Below, in pieces: positions 18,667-28,384 of a DNA stretch of 64,000 nucleotides. A model generated the notes under the pieces. It did not search any database. It was not told the origin of the DNA and saw only the letters and a list, made by a program, of their open reading frames with translations. Position 1 is the first letter of the stretch; each line of letters starts with the position of its first letter. Both the position numbers and the translations under genes were made by a program. Origin of the DNA: Bdellovibrionota bacterium (lineage in GTDB: Bacteria; Bdellovibrionota_C; UBA2361; JBIKWN01); NCBI GenBank assembly GCA_044356295.1, contig JBIKWN010000005.1:1-64000 (forward strand). The letters run 5' to 3'.

Positions 18667-19445
18667 AAAAATTATTTCAAATCCAACCTCTCTGTATTTT
18701 TTTAATTGTTTGTTTTATTACGCTTCATGCAGCATCAGCTCTTGCGCAAGATCCAAGTGCTGCTCTTCCTAATCTATCAATTGCAATAGGTGATACTAAG
18801 TTGGGCGCTGATGGAACTGTTTCATCTACGATCAAGATTATGCTCCTTCTTACGATGTTGTCGTTTGCGCCAGCAATGGTGATGACGATGACTTCTTTTA
18901 CGAGGATATCAGTAGTACTAGGAATGGTTAGAACAACTCTCGGGACTCAGTCGATGCCACCAAATATGGTTATTACTGGACTCTCATTGTTCCTGACGTT
19001 TGCGATAATGCAGCCTGTAATGCAAGACATGTATAAAGATGGAATCGCTCCGTTCATGGAAGGAACTATGTCACAAGAGGAAGCGCTTCCAAAAACATTT
19101 GCACCATTAAAGAAGTTTCTGGTTCAACATGCCCGGGAAAAGGATCTTGCCTTATTTTTAGAGATTTCAAAATCAGAGATCCCCGAAAAGCCAGAAGATG
19201 TGCCTATCTATGTTGCAGCACCGGCTTTTGTTTTGAGTGAACTCAACCTTGCTTTTCAAATTAGTTTTATGATTGCACTTCCATTTCTAATTTTAGATAT
19301 GGTTGTTTCAAGTGTATTAACTTCCATGAGTATGATTACACTTCCGCCAGTAGTCATTTCACTACCGTTGAAACTGATGCTTTTTGTAATAGTCGATGGA
19401 TGGCACTTAATCATTACTTCGTTAGTGCAAACGTACCGGGTATAA
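18663..19445 (+). CDS. fliP: Flagellar export gate FliP
   Basis: MTSFTRI, PPN, PAFVLSEL, LPPVVISLPLKLMLFVIVDGW. Confidence 0.95.
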   Translation: MKKLFQIQPLCIFLIVCFITLHAASALAQDPSAALPNLSIAIGDTKLGADGTVSSTIKIMLLLTMLSFAPAMVMTMTSFTRISVVLGMVRTTLGTQSMPPNMVITGLSLFLTFAIMQPVMQDMYKDGIAPFMEGTMSQEEALPKTFAPLKKFLVQHAREKDLALFLEISKSEIPEKPEDVPIYVAAPAFVLSELNLAFQISFMIALPFLILDMVVSSVLTSMSMITLPPVVISLPLKLMLFVIVDGWHLIITSLVQTYRV

Positions 19446-19463
19446 AATCAAAGGAGGATTATT

Positions 19464-19733
19464 ATGCAACTTGGTGACTATATGAGACTTGCGCAGGTAG
19501 GGATAGAAACAGCCATTTTGGTTTCTGCTCCAGTGCTTGTCATTGGACTGGTTGCTGGATTACTCGTAAGTATTTTTCAAGCAGCGACTCAGATTAATGA
19601 TGCATCTCTTGCTTTTATTCCAAAGATCGGAGCAGCAGTTGTAGGTCTCTTGGCTTTTGGCCCTTTCATGATCAATCGAATCTCTTCATTTACAATCTGG
19701 GTGTACACTCAAATCCCACTCCTTGCTAATTAA
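19464..19733 (+). CDS. fliQ: Flagellar export gate FliQ
   Basis: GLLVSIFQAATQIND..LAFIPK. Confidence 0.95.
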   Translation: MQLGDYMRLAQVGIETAILVSAPVLVIGLVAGLLVSIFQAATQINDASLAFIPKIGAAVVGLLAFGPFMINRISSFTIWVYTQIPLLAN

Positions 19734-19751
19734 AAAAAGTCGGATTTTTTC

Positions 19752-20561
19752 ATGGGTGACGAACTAGGGTTCATGCAGAATGCTACTAAGATTCTTTCGA
19801 ATCTAAATCTTGCATTCACCTTTATACTTTTGTTAACTCGTTTTTCTACAATGTTTCTTTTAATACCAGGTATTGGTGCAGCACAACGAGGTATCGCTGC
19901 AAAGTATTCTGCAATACTTATGTTCTCACTTGTATCAATGTATTCGTCGGCAACCGTTCCGCTGCCGACTAACCTTGCTCTGATGGCAGGAATGATACTT
20001 TCAGAGATGGCATTAGGTGCTTGTATCGGTCTTATCCCTCTTTTAATGATTGCAGCTTTACAAAATGCTGGGCAGATTGCCAGTACTTCAATGGGTCTTC
20101 AAGCAGGTGCTGTTATGGATCCATCTACAGGGATATCGGTATCAGAGCTTTCCAAAATTTTCGGTGATCTATTTATGATTGCTTTTCTTTATGTGAATGC
20201 ACACCACGTATTGATTATGGCTGCCTCTGGATTAAACGGCAGGCTCATTCCTGGGAGCTTTCTTATTGGTGAAAGCTCACTTGAGTTTGTAATCCAACGA
20301 AGTGCTGATATTTTTATGTATGGTCTCCTCTTTGCTTCTCCTGTTGTTGTTGCGCTCTTGCTTACAAACTTTGTGATGGGATTAGTCTCAAAAGCAGTTC
20401 CTACAGTGAATATATTTATTGTTTCATTCCCTTTAACAATTGGTATAGGGCTTATTCTGACTCTTCTGATGATCCCAGAGCTTATGAAAGCTAATGAAAA
20501 AGTGATAACATCCACGGACAGCAGTGTTTCGGTAATACTGCAGGATGCAACACTAAAATAA
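19752..20561 (+). CDS. fliR: Flagellar export gate FliR
   Basis: AGQIAS.SMGL, MDPSTG, KAVPTVNIFIVSFP. Confidence 0.92.
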   Translation: MGDELGFMQNATKILSNLNLAFTFILLLTRFSTMFLLIPGIGAAQRGIAAKYSAILMFSLVSMYSSATVPLPTNLALMAGMILSEMALGACIGLIPLLMIAALQNAGQIASTSMGLQAGAVMDPSTGISVSELSKIFGDLFMIAFLYVNAHHVLIMAASGLNGRLIPGSFLIGESSLEFVIQRSADIFMYGLLFASPVVVALLLTNFVMGLVSKAVPTVNIFIVSFPLTIGIGLILTLLMIPELMKANEKVITSTDSSVSVILQDATLK

Positions 20562-21466
20562 TGACGACTACAAAAAACGCTATTCAATCTGGGGTACGTA
20601 GTACTCTTCTTGGTGCATTCATCAATATTCTTCTTGCAGTAATCAAAGGATTTGCTGGTGTGTTAGGGAATTCATTCGCACTTGTTGCTGATGCAATAGA
20701 GTCGCTGTGTGATATTTTTAGCTCATTAGTTGTGCTTGTAGGTTTGAAAATGGCGGGCAGGCCAGCAGATACTAATCATCCATATGGTCACGGTAAATAT
20801 GAACCACTTGCAGGAGTTATTGTTGCGATGGTTTTATTTGGAGCAGCAATTTTTATTGCTATCGAAAGTGTCAGAGGAATCATTACACCACATCATGCAC
20901 CGGCAGCATTTACGCTTTGGGTTCTCTTGGTCGTTATAGTTATAAAGGAATCACTGTTTCGTTTTGTGAAAGGTATCGGCGATCAGATACATAGTTCTGC
21001 CGTGAAAGCAGATGCCTGGCATCACCGTAGTGATGCAATTACATCAATGGCTGCTTTTGTTGGAATTTCAATTGCTTTGCTTTGCGGACCAGGATACGAG
21101 AGTGCCGATGATTTTGCTGCCCTTATTGCAGCATGTATTATTTTAATAAATGCAATGATACTCCTAAAACCAGCACTGTTTGAATTGCTTGATACCGCTC
21201 CTGATCCACAGCTTCATATGAGAATTAGAGATATTGCTGTTAACGTTCCTGGAGTATACGGAACACATAAGTGTCATGTGAGGAAATTAGGTTTTGATTA
21301 TTTTGTTGACCTTGATGTTTTGTGTGATCCAGATGCGACTATTCGTCAAGGACATACCATCGCCCATGATGTTGGAGAAGCCATTCATGCTGCACTTCCA
21401 GAGATCACGAAGGTACTTGTCCATGTTGAACCCAAAGATGATTTTGGAAGACGTGACCGTGGCTAA
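20561..21466 (+). CDS. Cation diffusion facilitator (FieF/MamM-like) transporter
   Basis: ALVADAIES..D, HPYGHGKYE, ADAWHHRSD, VLVHVEP. Confidence 0.92.
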   Translation: MTTTKNAIQSGVRSTLLGAFINILLAVIKGFAGVLGNSFALVADAIESLCDIFSSLVVLVGLKMAGRPADTNHPYGHGKYEPLAGVIVAMVLFGAAIFIAIESVRGIITPHHAPAAFTLWVLLVVIVIKESLFRFVKGIGDQIHSSAVKADAWHHRSDAITSMAAFVGISIALLCGPGYESADDFAALIAACIILINAMILLKPALFELLDTAPDPQLHMRIRDIAVNVPGVYGTHKCHVRKLGFDYFVDLDVLCDPDATIRQGHTIAHDVGEAIHAALPEITKVLVHVEPKDDFGRRDRG

Positions 21467-21621
21467 TTTTATATAAATCGATCCTTTATAACTAATTGAA
21501 TTTACTATATAAAACTAAGTTTAGTTTTACCAACTAAGTTTAGATTTCTTTTTTCTCTGAACCAAAGCTTCTTTAGGATAAGATAGGTGAGCGTAATCTT
21601 TATCCTCTAAGGAAAAGTAAA

Positions 21622-21969
21622 ATGTCAGAAGAGATTGTTGGTCGATTATTTGGTTCATTTAAAGTTCTTGAAGACGCCATTATCAATGCTCGTGAGAATC
21701 TTTCTTCTAGACCTCACGTTAAAATCGAAGTACTTGATAGACTTGATTCTTATACAACGCTACTCAGTAAACAGCGTACAGTTGCTTCTGAACTCACAAC
21801 CCTCATAGAGCAAGGTCTTTGGCAGGAAGTTTCACAAAAAATTGCTCTTATTAATGGACTTCTCGAAATGATTCGCACTGATGCACGTGATGTTTTAGCT
21901 TCCTTAAATCGTTCATCTTCTGAAGAAATAGAATCTGATAATGAAGAAGATTCTATTATCATCTGTTAA
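21622..21969 (+). CDS. Hypothetical helical protein
   Basis: 115-aa ORF with AAGGA SD; acidic tail. Confidence 0.65.
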   Translation: MSEEIVGRLFGSFKVLEDAIINARENLSSRPHVKIEVLDRLDSYTTLLSKQRTVASELTTLIEQGLWQEVSQKIALINGLLEMIRTDARDVLASLNRSSSEEIESDNEEDSIIIC

Positions 21970-22012
21970 TTTCTAAATAATAGTTTGATACCACACATCT
22001 CTAGCTAATAAC

Positions 22013-22028
22013 CGGCACGCCTATTGCA
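22013..22028 (+). promoter_or_regulatory. sigma54 promoter upstream of flhB
   Basis: CGGCACGCCTATTGCA, close to the TGGCACG-N4-TTGCW consensus. Confidence 0.8.
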
Positions 22029-22063
22029 TTTTATAGTTCTGACACCCTTTTTGCGTCAAAAAA

Positions 22064-23191
22064 ATGTCAGAAGCATCCGCCCCAGAAGAACGTACCGAGC
22101 TGCCTACCGACCGTAGGATGGGTCAGTTGCGTGGAGAAGGAGCTGTCCATTGCTCGAATGAGGTTGTTCAAGTTGTCAGCATGTTGACAGCGTTTTATGG
22201 ACTGACCTTTGTATGGCCTATTTTTTTCCAAAGATTCAAAGATGTATTTGCTGGTGTTTTTAAATCTATTCGAGATCCAGAACCAATGGTTTTTGAGAAT
22301 CTCTACCATGGGTTAATTAATGTTATTCTTGCGTTTGCACCGCCACTCATTTTATTTGTTGCCGCTATTGCTACGACGACAACGTTAGCAACTTTTCTTC
22401 AAACAAAATGGAATATAAAGAAAAAGTGGATCAAATTTGACCTTGGATTTCTTAATCCTATATCAGGAATTATGAAGATTTTTTCGATACAAGGCTTTAT
22501 TACAACTGGTAAGGCAATCCTGAAACTACTTTTCATACTTCCTATTGCATATCTCATGCTTCGAGCAGAAGCAGATAAAATGATTCAGTTAGTTCACACA
22601 AATTTAGAAGAAATATTCCATTTTGCGAATACTGAAATGTGGGCACTCTTTTGGAAAATTATGTATATCCTCATTGGAATTGCAGTATTTGATTATTTTT
22701 ATGGGAAGTTTCAGTGGTTTAAAACTAATAAAATGACAAAAGATGAAGTTAAAGATGAAAGAAAATCCATTGAAGGAGATGAAGCAACAAAAAGAAAAAT
22801 TATTAATAAAGCGATGAGTCGCGCTGCATTTCGTATTCGTAATGCAGTAGCAAAGGCAAGTGTCATTATTACTAACCCAACCCATTATTCTATCGCGCTG
22901 CAATATGACAGGAATAATATGAAAGCACCTGTTGTTGTTGCTAAAGGAAAGGGATTTATGGCTTTAAAGATTAGAGAGATTGCAAAAGAATACGGGATTC
23001 CACTTGTCGAAAGAAAACCTGTAGCGAGGGCTTTGTATGCATCAGTAGAAGTAGGAAGAGAAATACCGTTTGAACTTTATAAGGCAGTCGCTGAGGTTCT
23101 TGCGTATGTCTATAAGCTCAAAAATCCTTATGCGAATCGAAATCAAGAACCGGTGCAACAAAACAACAGCCAACAAAGTATGAGACCTTAA
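22064..23191 (+). CDS. flhB: Flagellar export substrate-switch FlhB
   Basis: ERTELPT, MTKDEVKDE..EGD, NPTHY autocleavage motif, AVAEVLAYVY. Confidence 0.95.
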   Translation: MSEASAPEERTELPTDRRMGQLRGEGAVHCSNEVVQVVSMLTAFYGLTFVWPIFFQRFKDVFAGVFKSIRDPEPMVFENLYHGLINVILAFAPPLILFVAAIATTTTLATFLQTKWNIKKKWIKFDLGFLNPISGIMKIFSIQGFITTGKAILKLLFILPIAYLMLRAEADKMIQLVHTNLEEIFHFANTEMWALFWKIMYILIGIAVFDYFYGKFQWFKTNKMTKDEVKDERKSIEGDEATKRKIINKAMSRAAFRIRNAVAKASVIITNPTHYSIALQYDRNNMKAPVVVAKGKGFMALKIREIAKEYGIPLVERKPVARALYASVEVGREIPFELYKAVAEVLAYVYKLKNPYANRNQEPVQQNNSQQSMRP

Positions 23192-23226
23192 TTATACTAA
23201 AATGGTAACAGGGATGTAACAATTGT

Positions 23227-25317
23227 ATGGCAACGAATTTGAAAGGTAACAAGTTACAAAAGTTTATAATTCATACTTCAATGCCTGTGGCGTTGATCTT
23301 TATACTTGGTATTCTAGTTTTTCCTATACCGACGAGTGCCCTTGATGTTTTCTTAGCATTAAATATTACTATTTCACTTATTGTTCTGTTTGTTTCACTC
23401 TATATTGACAGACCTTTAAACTTTTCATCCTTTCCGGCTATCTTACTTATTACAACACTATTTCGACTTGCAATGAACGTTGCAACTGCTCGTTTGATTC
23501 TTCTTCATGGTCATAATGGAACAGATGCAGCCGGACATGTTATTCAAGCTTTTGGTGAATTTGTTGTCGGCGGGAACTTTGTCGTAGGTTCGGTCATATT
23601 TATCTTGATTAGTATTGTAAACTTAAAAGTAATCACAAAAGGTTCGGGACGTATTGCGGAAGTTGCTGCCAGGTTTACTCTTGATGCAATGCCAGGAAAA
23701 CAGATGGCGATTGATTCAGATTTAAGTTCGGGAATGATCAATGATAAAGAAGCTAAAATTCGAAGAAAAGAGCTTTCGATGGAAGCTGAATTTTATGGAG
23801 CTATGGACGGAGCTGCAAAGTTCGTAGGTGGAGATGCTATTGCAGGTATTTTTATCCTCTTTATAAATATTATCGGAGGATTTCTTGTTGGTTGCTTCAT
23901 GAAGGGCATGGACTGGCAAGAAGCGATTCGAGTGTACATTATCTTAACGATTGGAGATGGACTCGTAAGCCAAATCCCATCAATTATTATTTCAGTTGCA
24001 TCCGGTTTAATTGTTGCACGTGCAGCTTCAGGTGAAGATTTAGGGTCTGATGTTATTGGACAGTTAGGTGCTTCGAGCAAACCTCTCTTTCTTGCGTCAG
24101 CAGTTTGCGGAGCTTTTGCAATTTTACCTGGACTTCCTTTTTTACCATTTTTTGTTTTATCAGGTCTTTGCGTTACTGCTGGTTATTTTAGAGATAAAAT
24201 AACTTCACAACATAAAGTCCTAGAAGATAAAAAAGCACACGAACATAAAGAAGAAGCAAACAAACCTAAACCTGGTAGTACTGAAGAAGTAACAGGGCTT
24301 TTGGGTATTGATACTCTTGAATTAGAAGTTGGTTTTGAATTGGTAAGCCTTGTTGAATCAGGCGATCTTGTTGAGCGTATTCGTTCAATTCGTAGGCAAT
24401 TTGCTCTTGATTATGGATTTATTGTCCCACCGATTCATATCAGGGATAACGTTCGAATTAAATCAAATGAATACAGATTTATGTTGAAAGGTGCGGTCAT
24501 TGGTTCGTCTGAACTAAAACCTCATCATATGCTTGCAATGGATCCAGGCAATGTTTCATCACCAATTGATGGAACTCCGACCAAAGAACCATCATTTGGA
24601 CTTGATGCTCTTTGGATCAATGATACCGATAAAGAACGAGCACAGTTTTCTGGTTATACCGTAGTAGATCTCCCAACTGTTATTACTACTCACTTAACAG
24701 AATTAGTCAGGGCAAACATGGCAGAACTTCTTGGCAGACAAGATGTTCAACATTTATTAGACACTGTTTCAAAAGAAGCTCCAAAAGTTGTTGAAGAGCT
24801 TATTCCTTCACTACTAACAGTAGGACAAGTTCAGCAAGTGCTTCGATTGCTTCTTAAAGAACAAATTAGTATTCGAGATCTTAAAACTGTTTTGGAAACG
24901 CTCGCTGATTGGGCTCCAACACTGAAGCATCCTGAAAAGCTTTCTGAATTTGTAAGACGTCGTCTTGCACGATCGATTACCAGCAAATATTTGTCACCAG
25001 AAGGAACACTTCCATTGGCGAGTCTAAATCCTGGCATAGAAAGAACACTAGGGGAGGCAGTACAGCAGACTGATGAAGGATCGTATCTTGCATTAGAACC
25101 TGGATATGCTCAGAGACTGATCAATCGTTTGACACAGATCTCTGAGAAATTTATGGAGCGTGGTTTAACGCCAGTGGTACTCGCTCCAGGTCATGTAAGA
25201 GCTGCTTTAGCCCACTTTATTGATCGATTTACCCCTGGCATCGCGGTGATAAGTCACCAAGAGATCGCACCGAATACTCGGGTTCAGTCCTTAGGAATCG
25301 TAGCGATCGAAGAGTAA
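23227..25317 (+). CDS. flhA: Flagellar export protein FlhA
   Basis: RIAEVAARFTLDAMPGKQMAID, FYGAMDGA, TIGDGLVSQIP. Confidence 0.97.
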   Translation: MATNLKGNKLQKFIIHTSMPVALIFILGILVFPIPTSALDVFLALNITISLIVLFVSLYIDRPLNFSSFPAILLITTLFRLAMNVATARLILLHGHNGTDAAGHVIQAFGEFVVGGNFVVGSVIFILISIVNLKVITKGSGRIAEVAARFTLDAMPGKQMAIDSDLSSGMINDKEAKIRRKELSMEAEFYGAMDGAAKFVGGDAIAGIFILFINIIGGFLVGCFMKGMDWQEAIRVYIILTIGDGLVSQIPSIIISVASGLIVARAASGEDLGSDVIGQLGASSKPLFLASAVCGAFAILPGLPFLPFFVLSGLCVTAGYFRDKITSQHKVLEDKKAHEHKEEANKPKPGSTEEVTGLLGIDTLELEVGFELVSLVESGDLVERIRSIRRQFALDYGFIVPPIHIRDNVRIKSNEYRFMLKGAVIGSSELKPHHMLAMDPGNVSSPIDGTPTKEPSFGLDALWINDTDKERAQFSGYTVVDLPTVITTHLTELVRANMAELLGRQDVQHLLDTVSKEAPKVVEELIPSLLTVGQVQQVLRLLLKEQISIRDLKTVLETLADWAPTLKHPEKLSEFVRRRLARSITSKYLSPEGTLPLASLNPGIERTLGEAVQQTDEGSYLALEPGYAQRLINRLTQISEKFMERGLTPVVLAPGHVRAALAHFIDRFTPGIAVISHQEIAPNTRVQSLGIVAIEE

Positions 25318-25359
25318 CGATAGACCGCGAGATTTATAGGTTTACAAGGGATTATACAG

Positions 25360-26340
25360 ATGCGAACAAGGATGTTTCGCGGGACAGAAGTCTCGTCAGT
25401 GATGACTCAGATCAAAGAAGAAGTTGGAGATGATGCGTTTATTGTTTCTATGACAGAAGCATCTGGTCGAGTAGAAATTGAAGTAGGTGTTGATGATGGT
25501 CTCCCAATGGTACGTCTGGAGCATCCAATTACTGACGCAATTTTAGAACCTACAGCCGACGTTACTCATAAAAATGATCTCATGACGCTCCTTCTTGAGC
25601 ATGGTGTTTCTAAAGCCAACGCTCAATTAATCATAAAAGGCGCAAGCCCGGTAGCCAAAACAGAGATGTCTGCTGATAGAAGAATTGGGCATGGACTTGA
25701 TACCATTCTTGAATGTAATTCATTACTTCCACAGCGTTCAAATGTGATTGCAATTTGTGGAGCAACAGGTGTTGGAAAAACTACTACGATTGCAAAAATA
25801 GCAGCTCGTTTAAAGCAAAGCTTTGAAATGAAGATTGGTTTAATCGCGGCAGATACATACAGAGTAGGTGCTGGATTCCATTTGCAGACGTATGCATCGC
25901 TTATGAATATGCCGTTTCGTCAGATTCAATCATCCGGAATCAAAGGCGCAAAAGAATTAAAAGACGCAGTCGATCAGTTTTCACAATATGATTTAGTATT
26001 GATTGATACATCAGGATGTGGACCTCGCGAAAAGGGCAGGATTGAAGACTTAGAAAAATCACTTTCTCTGATTCCTCAAGCAGAAAAAATGCTTGTGCTT
26101 CCTGCACCGTCGAATGATTTCGATCTTCATGCTGCCGCTCGATCTTTTGCAAAAATTGATTATAGCAGAGTTATTTTATCGAAAGTTGATGAAAGCGGTT
26201 TTATCGGTCCAGTTATAAATACGTTGATAGGATTAAAAAAGCCTTTGGCTTTTATTGCATCAGGGCAACGTGTTCCTGAAGATATTGAACCAGCGTCAAA
26301 TCGACGACTTGGATGGATGCTCACGAGAGCAATGCAATAG
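25360..26340 (+). CDS. flhF: SRP-type GTPase FlhF
   Basis: GATGVGKTTTIAK, DTYRVGA, DTSG, SKVDE, GQRVPEDI. Confidence 0.9.
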   Translation: MRTRMFRGTEVSSVMTQIKEEVGDDAFIVSMTEASGRVEIEVGVDDGLPMVRLEHPITDAILEPTADVTHKNDLMTLLLEHGVSKANAQLIIKGASPVAKTEMSADRRIGHGLDTILECNSLLPQRSNVIAICGATGVGKTTTIAKIAARLKQSFEMKIGLIAADTYRVGAGFHLQTYASLMNMPFRQIQSSGIKGAKELKDAVDQFSQYDLVLIDTSGCGPREKGRIEDLEKSLSLIPQAEKMLVLPAPSNDFDLHAAARSFAKIDYSRVILSKVDESGFIGPVINTLIGLKKPLAFIASGQRVPEDIEPASNRRLGWMLTRAMQ

Positions 26341-26424
26341 CAGTTAGGGGTAAGGAAAAAGTGTACAAAAATGTACATAAAATCCTTGAAAAATCAGTAA
26401 TTTGAATAATCAAAGAGAAAGCCA

Positions 26425-27387
26425 ATGAATTTAAAACAGTCACTAAAAAAAGGTGGAACGGGAAGTCGACCGCTCGAATCATATAGAGAGACGAGTATTA
26501 GACCGCAGCCGGCAGTGCGAGCCGATCAAGCTGAAGGTCTTCGTCGTTTAAACGTTCAAAAAAAGACTCCAAGTGGCATGAAAGGGATTACAAGAGTTAT
26601 CAGTTTCACAAGTGGCAAAGGTGGAGTCGGAAAGACTCAAACCATTGTGAATACAGCTATTGCGCTTGCTCGAATGGGTAAATCTGTTTTATTGCTTGAT
26701 GCTGATCTTGGATTAGCAAATGTAAATGTACTTCTTGGTATAAATCCTAAATACACACTTCAAGATGTTTTCAGCGGTGCTAAATCGCTTCGAGATATTT
26801 TAATAACTGGTCCAGAAGGAATTTCAATCATTCCTGCTGCAAGTGGTGTTGAATCAATTTGTGAACTCAATACTCACCAAAAACTCATGTTGCTTCAAGG
26901 TATTGAAGAAGTAGCACATGCTTATGATTACCTGTTAATAGATACACGAGCAGGAATCAGCAGTGATGTTATGTATTTTAATACTGCATCATCTGAAATT
27001 ATATGCGTCATCAATAATGAGCCAACATCGCTCACTGATGCATACGCAACAATAAAAGTTCTTTCAACAAATTACGGCGAAAAACGGGTTCTCGTTGTCG
27101 CTAATAATGTCAGTGATGAGCGTGAAGGTATAAAAGCCTTTACTCGATTATCTCAGGCAGTTGAAAAGTTTCTACACATCGAGGTGACGTACCTTGGGTG
27201 TATTCCACGGGATGGGGCAGTATCACAGGCAATACAAAATCAGCAGCCGGTACTAGAGCTATTTCCTACATCACCTGCGTCACGTGCAATTGGTAAAATT
27301 GCATCACGCATTGATGAGGAGTTCTTACAGTATCGAGTTAAGGGGGGCATGCAGTTCTTCTTTGAGCAGATTTTAGCGGTGGGGTAA
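26425..27387 (+). CDS. flhG: MinD-like ATPase FlhG/FleN
   Basis: DQAEGLR, SGKGGVGKT, DADLGLAN, EPTSLTDAYA. Confidence 0.93.
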   Translation: MNLKQSLKKGGTGSRPLESYRETSIRPQPAVRADQAEGLRRLNVQKKTPSGMKGITRVISFTSGKGGVGKTQTIVNTAIALARMGKSVLLLDADLGLANVNVLLGINPKYTLQDVFSGAKSLRDILITGPEGISIIPAASGVESICELNTHQKLMLLQGIEEVAHAYDYLLIDTRAGISSDVMYFNTASSEIICVINNEPTSLTDAYATIKVLSTNYGEKRVLVVANNVSDEREGIKAFTRLSQAVEKFLHIEVTYLGCIPRDGAVSQAIQNQQPVLELFPTSPASRAIGKIASRIDEEFLQYRVKGGMQFFFEQILAVG

Positions 27388-27393
27388 CGGACA

Positions 27394-27630
27394 GTGGCTG
27401 AGACCAAGCGGGTCATCAAACGAGTAAGCTTTGTATTTATGCAAAAGCTTGCCGCGGCAGTTTCGCTCCTTGCTTTAGTAGTAACTACTTTGGCAGGGAT
27501 TATGGGAGGCGCAAGGATCATCACCATTACCTACCGAGCAGCACTGGTGATCGTTGTCGTCGGAACACTGACTAGGATCATTATTAAGATTCTAGAAAGT
27601 TATGAGGAGATGAATAGTGGTAAAGGCTAA
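27394..27630 (+). CDS. Small two-TM membrane protein
   Basis: Two hydrophobic segments; fills the flhG-fliA gap and overlaps the fliA start. Confidence 0.55.
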   Translation: MAETKRVIKRVSFVFMQKLAAAVSLLALVVTTLAGIMGGARIITITYRAALVIVVVGTLTRIIIKILESYEEMNSGKG

Positions 27631-28372
27631 AAAATCGGCAGCAGAAGCATACAAAGTAAACACCCCAGATCCACAAGACCGTGAGGAATTGATTCGTCAA
27701 TACTTGCCACTTGTGAAGCGAGTTGTACATCGACTTTCTGGAAGACTACCTAAGGATATCGACATTCGAGAGATGTTGAACTCTGGTATTATTGGGTTGG
27801 TGGATGCACTGGAAAAATACGATCCAAAACATGAAACAAATTTTGCAACGTATGCACAGTTTCGAATTCGTGGTGCAATCTTAGATAGTTTCCGATCACA
27901 GGATTGGTTACCAAGATCGCTTCGATTCAAGTCTCATAAATTAGAACAAGCATATCAACGTATAGAACAAAAACTTGGGCGTCCCGCTACTGATGAAGAA
28001 GTTTCAATAGAGTTAGGAATTCCGATTGAAGAATTACAAAGTATGCTCAGCGAAGTTGGAAGCATTGTAATGCTTTCCTTTGAAGAGCTAGGATTTGGTC
28101 ACGGTGAAGAACGATTCCAAGCTGACGATGTTGTCGCAAGTAAAGGACAAGATCCATTAGGACAAATTCTTGGAGCTGAAAAAATTAGTTTAATTGCTCG
28201 TGCACTTGATAGATTACCTGAAAAAGAGCGACTGGTTATAAGCCTTTATTTCTATGAAGAACTAAACTTGAAAGAGATTGGTGAAATTCTTGGAGTAACT
28301 GAGTCACGAGCATCACAAGTTCGTTCACGTGGATTAATTCGTCTTAAAAACTATCTTAAACACGCAATGTAA
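27617..28372 (+). CDS. fliA: RNA polymerase sigma28 factor FliA/WhiG
   Basis: YLPLVK, YAQFRIRGAILD, DWLPRS, YEELNLKEIGEILGVTESR. Confidence 0.95.
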   Translation: MVKAKKSAAEAYKVNTPDPQDREELIRQYLPLVKRVVHRLSGRLPKDIDIREMLNSGIIGLVDALEKYDPKHETNFATYAQFRIRGAILDSFRSQDWLPRSLRFKSHKLEQAYQRIEQKLGRPATDEEVSIELGIPIEELQSMLSEVGSIVMLSFEELGFGHGEERFQADDVVASKGQDPLGQILGAEKISLIARALDRLPEKERLVISLYFYEELNLKEIGEILGVTESRASQVRSRGLIRLKNYLKHAM

Positions 28373-28384
28373 TCGAGAAGCTGT

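Noticed and set aside
21513..21543. Direct repeat AACTAAGTTTAG x2 upstream of the orphan at 21622
   Set aside because: AT-rich and only two copies; could be an operator but has no supporting context.
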